64,000 nucleotides of DNA, from positions 124,001-188,000 of the IMG/VR virus record IMGVR_UViG_3300008259_005066; one strand, given 5' to 3'. The position numbers and the translations under genes are program-made. A model generated the notes under the pieces. That model was not told where the DNA came from, did not search any database, and saw only the letters and a list, made by a program, of their open reading frames with translations. Position 1 is the stretch's first letter, and every line of letters begins with the position of its first letter. Of this stretch, positions 26,486 to 34,383 are shown in pieces.

Positions 26486-27121
26486 CTAAACTTGTACCAC
26501 AGTCACTATGACGCTGGGTACCACAGGGCCTGGACCTTCACTGGCCAGTGCCACAATATCAATGCCAGCAAAACTACTCCACCAGGCCAACTTTACATGG
26601 TCACCGGCTGCCAAGGACTCCACATAGTTCCAACCAACGACCACTTTGTTATTGTTGCCTGTAAAGGTGGTGACGCCACCAGAGTCTGGCACAGTGTTGC
26701 CATTTTTTTCCAGCCATATTTCCATGTTGTGTGTGCCGCCACCAGTTTGCAGGAATTGTGCGCTGAATTGGATGTCATAAACACCGGCAAAATCCACAGT
26801 GATTTCATCGCCACTGACTATGCTCACATGATTGTTGCTGGAGGTGGTGTTGAACTGCATGTAGTTGACATTGCCAGTGTCGTTGTTCTGATTGGTGGTA
26901 TCGTAGAACGATCCGTAGAACTTGGTGGCATTGGCATTGGCCAACAACACCAGATTGCCGTTGTTGTCACCAGCATACAAGTTCAGGGCGTTTTGTTCTA
27001 CTACCAGTTCTGCTGGCCTTGCATTGCCATTGTATTGGCCCACAGTGACCTGGGCATTGTCCTTCATGGCCGCCCGGCTGATGCCGGTTATGTCGCTGTA
27101 GGGTGGTGGCGGGCTGGCCAT
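26486..27121 (-). CDS. hypothetical protein with C1q/BclA-like C-terminal domain
   Basis: FYGSFYD...AGVYDIQFSAQF...WNYVESL pattern. Confidence 0.45.
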   Translation of the reverse strand: MASPPPPYSDITGISRAAMKDNAQVTVGQYNGNARPAELVVEQNALNLYAGDNNGNLVLLANANATKFYGSFYDTTNQNNDTGNVNYMQFNTTSSNNHVSIVSGDEITVDFAGVYDIQFSAQFLQTGGGTHNMEIWLEKNGNTVPDSGGVTTFTGNNNKVVVGWNYVESLAAGDHVKLAWWSSFAGIDIVALASEGPGPVVPSVIVTVVQV

Positions 27122-27525
27122 TATCTAGGATATCCTCTGAAACTTTTTATAGGGCTGGTAGCATTGGTAGTGCTGGGCTCCTGGCTCTTCTCTGAAGTCA
27201 CTAATTTTTTGCCACCTGGCGTGTTGGTCATTTTCAACGCACGGTCAATCACGGGCTTTATGCCTGCGTTCATGCCTGCGATCACTCCGTGTTCGCCAAA
27301 TGCTGTTTCTGAACTCCATTCAGGTTTGAACGGATCGATGCCATTGTTCTGTGGATTCAGTGCAGAAGCGTAGTCAGCACGAGCACGGGCGATGGCCACC
27401 ATGAATCTGTAGTTGTTGTAAGGATCTGATGCTGACAATCCAGGGATCACGTAGGTGTGTTGCATGGGAGACTCTTGTTCTGGCGCCAATGTTTTTTGCT
27501 CAGCGACAAACTCTCGGGCTCTCAT
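27121..27525 (-). CDS. small putative capsid-internal protein (MRAREF family)
   Basis: MRAREFVAE...SPIKSFRGYPR; paralog of next gene. Confidence 0.6.
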   Translation of the reverse strand: MRAREFVAEQKTLAPEQESPMQHTYVIPGLSASDPYNNYRFMVAIARARADYASALNPQNNGIDPFKPEWSSETAFGEHGVIAGMNAGIKPVIDRALKMTNTPGGKKLVTSEKSQEPSTTNATSPIKSFRGYPR

Positions 27526-27893
27526 CGAGGATATCCTCGGAAACCTTTGATGGGACTCTTTGGGTTACCACCGGGTGCTTCTTGGCTGCGCATGTCGCCG
27601 TTGTTTAGATCATGGTGTATGCTGCCTACTGCATCGTAGGCCTGCCGAAGCATGGCCGCTTCTTCTTCAGTATAAGGAAAAGCGATGTCGTAATTGTGTG
27701 CCCACGATGCACTGGGGATATCTATAGGATTTACACCATCTGCTGAGGCCACGGCCATCATCACTCGATTCAGTTCGTAGTAGCGATCGCGACCATCGGC
27801 ATCTTTGAAACGATGAACACCACGAGTGCTCCATCTCTGTCGCTTGGTCATCTTACCTTCTGGACTTTCAACGATAAATTCGCGTGCTCGCAC
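27522..27893 (-). CDS. small putative capsid-internal protein (MRAREF family)
   Basis: GTG start with AAGGAG SD; MRAREFIVE...SPIKGFRGYPR. Confidence 0.6.
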   Translation of the reverse strand: MRAREFIVESPEGKMTKRQRWSTRGVHRFKDADGRDRYYELNRVMMAVASADGVNPIDIPSASWAHNYDIAFPYTEEEAAMLRQAYDAVGSIHHDLNNGDMRSQEAPGGNPKSPIKGFRGYPR

Positions 27894-27902
27894 GATTGCT
27901 CC

Positions 27903-28181
27903 TTAGAACACGCTTTCTTGTGCTGAGCTCGCTGTGCCTAGTTCCAAAGCAGTAAAAGGTGTTCCGGTAACGGTCACCTTGTTACCAGCACCAGCATAGA
28001 CTTCAAACACAGTATTAGCCGGTATGCTGATAGGTGCTGAATAGATATTGCCTACCGCAGCCGCACTGCCGAGTGCTGTAGCATAGGCTTGATATGTCAC
28101 GGTGTTAGCCCCGGTGGCGATCTGCAGTTTATCTGAGTAGACTGTAGCGTTTGCTAGACTGGTGTAGACGTTTGCGGCCAT
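27903..28181 (-). CDS. hypothetical protein
   Basis: 92-aa ORF with SD AAGGA, in operon. Confidence 0.65.
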   Translation of the reverse strand: MAANVYTSLANATVYSDKLQIATGANTVTYQAYATALGSAAAVGNIYSAPISIPANTVFEVYAGAGNKVTVTGTPFTALELGTASSAQESVF

Positions 28182-28196
28182 TGTTGTTTTTCCTTA

Positions 28197-28835
28197 TTAC
28201 CACGCACGGCAAGACCAATATCTTGCCTTTGTTCTTGGTCCCGGATTGTCGCAGTTGTGTCGGGCACGGAATGATCGGCGACGTGCAGGATTGGACTTCT
28301 TGATCTTCATGGTCTTTTGACCCAACCGTTTGGCTGATGTTCCACCATGACCAAAGTTTACTTTCTTGATATTGCCCGAACTGGGATCACGGACATATAC
28401 TTTGAATTTCTTGACGTCGCCACGCATGGGTTTGCCCAGGGGAACTTTGCGACCTTGATATTCAGCTTCACCAATGGGGTCATCGGCGGCTGTGCCGTCG
28501 GGTGCACCAGGTTGGCTGTCCGAAGCAGGTTCTTCTTGTGTGGGATCTTCGCTGACCAAAGTATCATCTACGCTCATGGACTCTTCCATGTCTTTGCAAG
28601 AGCATGCTTCCTGCATGCATTCAGAGCAGGTATCTTCTACAGTGTATCCATAACTTTCCAGTATGCTGATCAGTTTGGCGTCGGCTTCGATGCACAGTCT
28701 ATCTTCTTCCACGCCAATGATATGGCTTTCGATCAAGCAATCTTCTTGGATGTTGATAGCAAAATCATCACCAACGGCCGGATTGTCCATCCATTGTTCA
28801 GATTCGGCGAGATAATCTTTGAAAGTTTTCATCAT
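28197..28835 (-). CDS. putative head protein with basic C-terminal domain
   Basis: MKTFKDYLAE N-terminus; acidic middle; basic C-terminus RRSFRARHNC...YWSCRAW. Confidence 0.65.
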   Translation of the reverse strand: MMKTFKDYLAESEQWMDNPAVGDDFAINIQEDCLIESHIIGVEEDRLCIEADAKLISILESYGYTVEDTCSECMQEACSCKDMEESMSVDDTLVSEDPTQEEPASDSQPGAPDGTAADDPIGEAEYQGRKVPLGKPMRGDVKKFKVYVRDPSSGNIKKVNFGHGGTSAKRLGQKTMKIKKSNPARRRSFRARHNCDNPGPRTKARYWSCRAW

Positions 28836-30472
28836 GCTTTGTATTGTTGATACAGTTTGCTCAAATGTGATTCAAGTTCTTCGGCTTCTTGCACACGCAC
28901 TGCTGTGACAGGCACAGTGGTCTGACCGTTGCCTGCTATGTCACGTTTTTGCTTGTTGAGACCGCCTGCGATGGTCTTGGTCATGTAGTCTGCAGTTTGT
29001 GTTTCTGCTTCGGGTGCGTTGGCCACATCTTCTTGGCCTTCGGCCATTTGCTCGCAACCACAAGGTGTGGAACCGCATGCAGGGCATGTTTCTTCGTAGC
29101 CACCAGCCGACCCCATGCCAGCCAGTTTCAGTATCTGTGCCAGTTTTACAGCATCGTCATCTGACGCTGTCACAGACAGATTCTTTTCGCCGTTTTCACC
29201 CACTGACATGTTGATGCTCATGCCTTCCGTGAGCACTTCGCTGAGTCTGCGATTGTAGCTTTCTGTGATCTGGCTTTCATACACGCCTTTACCAAATATC
29301 ATACCTTTTTTCCCTTTTCCTGTGGCAGGAGCCGTGGCCACTGATCCGGCCACTGTGGACTCTTCAGTTTCCTCTTTGCCTTTTTTCTTGGCCATCTTGG
29401 TGGCAGTAGCATACATCACTTCTTCACCACGCTCGCCATAACGCTTTTCAAAGTCGCCTTTGGATTTCTTCATTGACTTCACAAACTTTTCGCGCTTGTC
29501 CATTTCAGGCTTTGACAGTTTGCGCTCGGGCATGACTTCTTCTGCGTCTTCAGCATCACTGGCCTTGACATAGTCACGTGCTGTGTCAAGATAGTCCAGG
29601 GCCTTGGTGATCTTTGACTGCACCCACTCTGGTAAATTCTCATCTGCATCAAGTATGCTGTGTAATTCTTTGGCTGCATCCATCACCGTGTGTAACTGTT
29701 CACGGGCCATGTCGCCTTCGCGATCGTATTCACCTTTATCTACGAGACTAATACTATCAATATCGCCTTCTTTGATAGCACCTTTTTTCAGCAATTTGCT
29801 CTTGCCTGTGGGGCCTTTAGCACCGATGGCATGCTTGGTGCCCTTGGGTCGGCCACGTCCACGCTTTTCAGCACTGGGATCTTTGCGGCCTGGTTTGAGG
29901 TTGCCGTGCTCATCGTAGTCATCGTCACTGCCTGTATTGTCGTCATCATGACGACGTGTGTGTTGCACACCGCGATCGGTTTTCTTCAGCGTGCCTTTGG
30001 TTGTTTTCACTGTGTCGCCTGATCGGGCTCTGCGATCAAAGTCATCGCGATCATCAAATTCATATTCGCGCACTGGTTCCATGTCTCCGTCACCGTCTAG
30101 GTCGGCCATCTTCTTGCCAGCGGCACGAGCTTTTGCAAGATTACCTGTGAACCGGTTGCCTTCTTCCATGTCATCTTCATTGGTTTTGCGCAGTTTGGCC
30201 AACACAGCGCCAGCCACTTTCTCGCCACGCTCTTTGCTACCATATCGCTCACCGGCTGACTTTGCGATCTGCGCAAAGGCCTTGCCAGGTTTACCGATGT
30301 CTTTGCCGGCACGTGCGGCCTTGGCCGAATAGGATGCTTCGTCTACTTCTTTGGCCGCCGACTTCATTGGTTCTGTTTTGTTGCCATCTTTGTCCAGATC
30401 CAGAAAGTCTGGTTTGGAACCACGACCTTCCAGCAAGTTCATTTTACCTAGTATGTCATACATGTTGTTCAT
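28832..30472 (-). CDS. putative prohead core/internal protein with AT-hook and DxDxDG motifs
   Basis: Highly charged; KRGRGRPKG, DLDKDG, DLDGDG. Start ATG 30472 with TAAGGA SD. Confidence 0.6.
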   Translation of the reverse strand: MNNMYDILGKMNLLEGRGSKPDFLDLDKDGNKTEPMKSAAKEVDEASYSAKAARAGKDIGKPGKAFAQIAKSAGERYGSKERGEKVAGAVLAKLRKTNEDDMEEGNRFTGNLAKARAAGKKMADLDGDGDMEPVREYEFDDRDDFDRRARSGDTVKTTKGTLKKTDRGVQHTRRHDDDNTGSDDDYDEHGNLKPGRKDPSAEKRGRGRPKGTKHAIGAKGPTGKSKLLKKGAIKEGDIDSISLVDKGEYDREGDMAREQLHTVMDAAKELHSILDADENLPEWVQSKITKALDYLDTARDYVKASDAEDAEEVMPERKLSKPEMDKREKFVKSMKKSKGDFEKRYGERGEEVMYATATKMAKKKGKEETEESTVAGSVATAPATGKGKKGMIFGKGVYESQITESYNRRLSEVLTEGMSINMSVGENGEKNLSVTASDDDAVKLAQILKLAGMGSAGGYEETCPACGSTPCGCEQMAEGQEDVANAPEAETQTADYMTKTIAGGLNKQKRDIAGNGQTTVPVTAVRVQEAEELESHLSKLYQQYKA

Positions 30473-30482
30473 TTTGTTTTCC

Positions 30483-31088
30483 TTATCTGGCAGAGCTGTG
30501 GACAGCCGGTATCTTGTTTTGTTTCGTCCCCACGGGGCTGACGTCTCCCATGGGGAAATCATTGGAAGTCACAGCAGGCGGTGTCTTGCCACCAGCCACA
30601 GTGAAATCGCTCTTGTATGCGTTCTTGACCACTACCTGATGTTCTTTGGGAGCGGCTGAGTAATCTTTCTTGAGATCTCGTTGCTGTTTGTCAGGCGCAG
30701 GAAAATCTGTATCGGTCAAGACGTTTTTGTTTTCTACATCTTGCTTGGCACGCTCTTCATCCATGCTGTCTGCATATTTCTTGTCTTGCATTAGAATGTT
30801 GTTGGGATTGAGTTTCAGCAATTCAGCTATCTGGGTGATTTGGGGAGGTGTTGCAGGATAGTTGAAAGTAACATCAAAGAAAGTCATTGATTCATTGTTG
30901 CACTGTGGGAAATCTTTGAGCTGTTTCTGCACAGGTGTTTTTTTCACGTCGCTCATTGACACTACATCAAACTGCTTGAGCTTGTCTTTGAATGCGGGCA
31001 TAAAGCCCTCAGGCATGTCTCCTGCTATCTTGATGCGATAATCATACGTGTGTTTTGATTCTGTTAGGTATTCTGCAAAAGTTTTCAT
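30483..31088 (-). CDS. putative head-associated protein
   Basis: MKTFAEYLTE N-terminus; CTAAATA at 31106-31112. Confidence 0.65.
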   Translation of the reverse strand: MKTFAEYLTESKHTYDYRIKIAGDMPEGFMPAFKDKLKQFDVVSMSDVKKTPVQKQLKDFPQCNNESMTFFDVTFNYPATPPQITQIAELLKLNPNNILMQDKKYADSMDEERAKQDVENKNVLTDTDFPAPDKQQRDLKKDYSAAPKEHQVVVKNAYKSDFTVAGGKTPPAVTSNDFPMGDVSPVGTKQNKIPAVHSSAR

Positions 31089-31113
31089 ATCAATCCCCTA
31101 TATCATATTTAGC

Positions 31114-31596
31114 CTATTCTGGCTTCTTTGGTTGTTCGCGGCGCACAAGGCGTTCCAGCATTTCGTTGCGATCCAGCACATGCCCTGTGCCTGTGACGGG
31201 TATGTCTCCGTCGTTGGACTCGCGATCCAGTTTGGCTTTCTGCATCTGTAACTGTATCATCTTGAGTTTTTTGTTCATCTTGGCTGTTTTGGCCGTGATA
31301 GCGTGACCCAGCATGGTGCTGGCCACGGAAAATATCTCTGATGCATAGCGGCTGTCTACCTGCATGCCCAGATCCATGAGATCGTCAAAACTTTCTCGTG
31401 CCTTGCCGGCCAATTCGTCCATTTCTTCGTCTGATGCTTCCAGGCCTCGCACAGCGGGCAATGCTTGCTCGATCTTGTCAAGAGTGGCCAGAGTTTCGGG
31501 CAATACAGGCAGGGCAGGTTCAGAGGGAGTTTGATCGTCTATGGATTCATCCTCTTTGCGAGGCAGATCAAACAGTTCTTCTAATTTTCTCGTCAT
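31114..31596 (-). CDS. hypothetical helical protein (terminase-small-subunit-like position, uncertain)
   Basis: 160-aa coiled-coil-like ORF; GTAAATA 4 nt upstream. Confidence 0.5.
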   Translation of the reverse strand: MTRKLEELFDLPRKEDESIDDQTPSEPALPVLPETLATLDKIEQALPAVRGLEASDEEMDELAGKARESFDDLMDLGMQVDSRYASEIFSVASTMLGHAITAKTAKMNKKLKMIQLQMQKAKLDRESNDGDIPVTGTGHVLDRNEMLERLVRREQPKKPE

Positions 31597-31610
31597 GCGG
31601 TATTTACCGC

Positions 31611-32045
31611 TTATTTTTTACCGTTGCGGAAGATGTCGTCTTCGGTTATCACCCGGAACTGGATGCCTTGGCGGCGGCACCACTTCGAAGCGGCATCCCA
31701 TTTGGCGTAGTTCACTGCCACTATGGCACGGTCACGGGCACTGGCCTTGCTTTCCAGGATGCTTTGCTTTTTGGGCTTGATTTCGATCAGTTCAGTGATC
31801 ACTCTGCTGTCTCGGGTGCGATATTGCACCAAGAAATCAGGAATATAGTTGGTCATTTTGCCTGTGAGCGGATTGCGATATGGGATAGCAATGCTCTCGC
31901 TGGCCCATCCCACTATGGAATCGTTGTTGTCACAGAAACGCATGAAAGCATGTTCCCAACCCGAACGATATTTGGGTCGGCCTTTGCCTAGATATTTGTT
32001 GGGATTGCGGACTTCAAAAAATCCCTGTGCATAGTTGCGGCTCAT
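31611..32045 (-). CDS. gp4: head completion nuclease (T4 gp4-like, TnsA-N/PD-(D/E)xK)
   Basis: NPNKYLG...YRSGWE...WASE...YIPDF...EIKP. Confidence 0.9.
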   Translation of the reverse strand: MSRNYAQGFFEVRNPNKYLGKGRPKYRSGWEHAFMRFCDNNDSIVGWASESIAIPYRNPLTGKMTNYIPDFLVQYRTRDSRVITELIEIKPKKQSILESKASARDRAIVAVNYAKWDAASKWCRRQGIQFRVITEDDIFRNGKK

Positions 32046-32401
32046 GGTAACACATTGCGGGCCGCATAGAAGTTAGGTTGCACCACGGCATTCACACCCA
32101 ACAGCGTGGCGTTGCTTCTTTGGTTGTTGAGATAGTAACACAAGGTAGATGTCAATTGTAACTGGTCTTGTCCTTGTATTTCTTGGAGCAATTCCAGCAC
32201 AGGACGTCTACTGTAATCTGCTACCTGGAACAGACTCACTGTAAAATTTTTGGCTGCGGTCTTGTCTTTGAAAATCCTAGCAAAATAACTGTAGACCGCA
32301 TCGTATTGATCCACAGGAACTTCTACGGCAAATTCGTAAAAATTATCAAACACCCTGACAGTCATGTCAAGTCTTGGATCGGTATAGTTTACTGTGCTCA
32401 T
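32042..32401 (-). CDS. hypothetical protein
   Basis: 119-aa ORF with ATGA overlaps on both sides. Confidence 0.65.
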   Translation of the reverse strand: MSTVNYTDPRLDMTVRVFDNFYEFAVEVPVDQYDAVYSYFARIFKDKTAAKNFTVSLFQVADYSRRPVLELLQEIQGQDQLQLTSTLCYYLNNQRSNATLLGVNAVVQPNFYAARNVLP

Positions 32402-33666
32402 CGTATGTTGTTATTTACTTGTTGATTTACAGGCTGTATGGTCCTACCAGTGCGTGTGAATTCTGTAGGCACTGCCTGGGTAGTAGGTCCTGACAGAGTA
32501 GGTTCGGCTGTTCTCGGCGAAGCCGGATCAGTGGTAGTGGAATTCTGTTGCACCGGAACTTTGGGGAAGAAAAATCCGTCGGCGGCGTTGGCTGTTTGTC
32601 TCACAGCGCCTGGTAACTGCCCTCGGATCACATCCTGCACCACGGCATTGGCTTCATTGCGCACTATGCTCTGGAGATTTTTGCCTTTGAAAGTCTGATA
32701 GGCAGTGCCGGCTTTTTGCACGGCACCAATGATGCCCAATACAGAACCCGACTGTAGATCGTTCACTATGCCTCCCACTGTGTCTACTAAACCACCCTGT
32801 CCCAATATGGTCGCGTTGTTGCCCAACCGATCCAGAGGACTGCGCACTGTGTCGTAGCGTGATGGATCGGCAAATCCTTTGATGTTGGCACTGGGCCGAG
32901 AAGTATCGATCTTGCCTTGATAGTATTTCACTGTCTCGTAACGCAAGGTCATCTGATGTTCCATGGTGCCGGTGTTTTGGCTGTAATCATAGGTGTCATG
33001 CCGGAAATCGGTGATCATGGGGTTGATCAAAACATAGGCGCAGAAATCATGCTGGCTCATGCCATATATGGTGATGTCGCGGAAGAATGGTGGTTTGCCA
33101 TTGGGTGCCGACACACCATCACTGTAGGACTCACCAACATAACCCCAGTCGTTCACAGTGCGTTGATCGTTGTAGATGTCTCGACCGTTGTAACTGAGTT
33201 TGGGATCACCGCCGTTGCCGCTCTGGCCGGCGCTGCCTTGTGTGACGGGCACACCCCAATATTGTTGGGTAGGATCTTTGTAGTAGTATGCGAAATAGTT
33301 ATACCACAGGCTCCGCACCAGATCGCTGCCATCATCGTGGAACACGATTTGGCAAGGGTTGTAGTCTATGCGCTTCTGGACCAATCGCTTGCGATTGTAT
33401 TGATTCATTGTGTCAACTTCGATGTTGTAGTTGGGAAGTTGTGCTGTTTTTACCAATAGTCCAATGTTGTCTCGTTCCTGGCGATTGAACACTTCGGCCA
33501 ACTTGGGGATTTCAATGGTGTTGAGATTAAAGTAGACATGGAAGAGATATTTAAAACGAGGCGCCAGCTCATATCCGTTGGCACGGAAAGTCTTGCTGGC
33601 GTGTGTGTAGTCCTTTAGATAGTCGCTTCCAAAGAACCCCTTGAGGAAGTCCGCTCCAAAGGCCAT
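32398..33666 (-). CDS. tail-tube-fold baseplate/tube initiator protein (gp48/gp54-like)
   Basis: VKTAQLP...QYNRKR...IVFHDD...TLRYE pattern; adjacent to tail tube. Confidence 0.6.
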   Translation of the reverse strand: MAFGADFLKGFFGSDYLKDYTHASKTFRANGYELAPRFKYLFHVYFNLNTIEIPKLAEVFNRQERDNIGLLVKTAQLPNYNIEVDTMNQYNRKRLVQKRIDYNPCQIVFHDDGSDLVRSLWYNYFAYYYKDPTQQYWGVPVTQGSAGQSGNGGDPKLSYNGRDIYNDQRTVNDWGYVGESYSDGVSAPNGKPPFFRDITIYGMSQHDFCAYVLINPMITDFRHDTYDYSQNTGTMEHQMTLRYETVKYYQGKIDTSRPSANIKGFADPSRYDTVRSPLDRLGNNATILGQGGLVDTVGGIVNDLQSGSVLGIIGAVQKAGTAYQTFKGKNLQSIVRNEANAVVQDVIRGQLPGAVRQTANAADGFFFPKVPVQQNSTTTDPASPRTAEPTLSGPTTQAVPTEFTRTGRTIQPVNQQVNNNIR

Positions 33667-33672
33667 GATTGA

Positions 33673-34290
33673 TTAGCCGGTTACTACGTCGCCCAGTGTT
33701 CTACCTACTGTGGCACCAACACCAGAACCAATCGGTGTCTGGATGGCATTGTCATAACGCAAGGTCATGGAAACTGTGACTGCGGCACTCTCACCGTAGT
33801 TCAAATCGTTGTAGTTCACTGTGCTCAAGTAGCAACCATACAGTTCCCAAGTTTCAAGCACGTTGGGCGCAAACGCACCATTACCACCGTCCAGTATTTC
33901 ACAGCGTGTGGTGAATTTGTAGTCGATACCTGAAGCGGCTGAAGCCTGCTCTACGAAATCCAACTGCTTCTGCAGTTGTTCGCCAACCAGTTTAGAAACG
34001 TTGCCACCGGCATCGTCACGCAATTCACATGTGACAGCTTCCCAATTGTATTTGCCTGCGAGATAGATGGTGCTGTTATATACCGGCACTTCAATCTCTG
34101 GAAAGTTGATTGTAGGGCGTGTGAAACTGATCACCTGTTTGGTGAGTTCAGTTCTTGGTGTGCTTACGCCAAGATTCTCAAACACCACTCTGAAGCGATA
34201 CTTGAGTTTGGGCATCAGCAAACCCTGGGTTGGGCTTGACTGATCACTTGCCAACGGCACTGTCATTCTGTTCAATGATGCGATAGACAT
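33673..34290 (-). CDS. gp19: tail tube protein (T4 gp19-like)
   Basis: YRFRV, RPTINF, YLAGKYNW, LRDD, WELYGC, TLRYD; follows sheath. Confidence 0.85.
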   Translation of the reverse strand: MSIASLNRMTVPLASDQSSPTQGLLMPKLKYRFRVVFENLGVSTPRTELTKQVISFTRPTINFPEIEVPVYNSTIYLAGKYNWEAVTCELRDDAGGNVSKLVGEQLQKQLDFVEQASAASGIDYKFTTRCEILDGGNGAFAPNVLETWELYGCYLSTVNYNDLNYGESAAVTVSMTLRYDNAIQTPIGSGVGATVGRTLGDVVTG

Positions 34291-34337
34291 ACTGGTCTCC
34301 TGAATCCTTATTGCAATTATTTATCTGAGATGAGATC

Positions 34338-34366
34338 AAAAAAAATGGGGCCAAAGCCCCATTTTT
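34338..34366 (-). terminator. terminator after tail sheath, followed by late motif ATAAATA (34318-34324)
   Basis: AAAAATGGGGC-caaa-GCCCCATTTTT stem with A/T runs on both sides. Confidence 0.85.
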
Positions 34367-34383
34367 CTGCACTAGCGATACCG

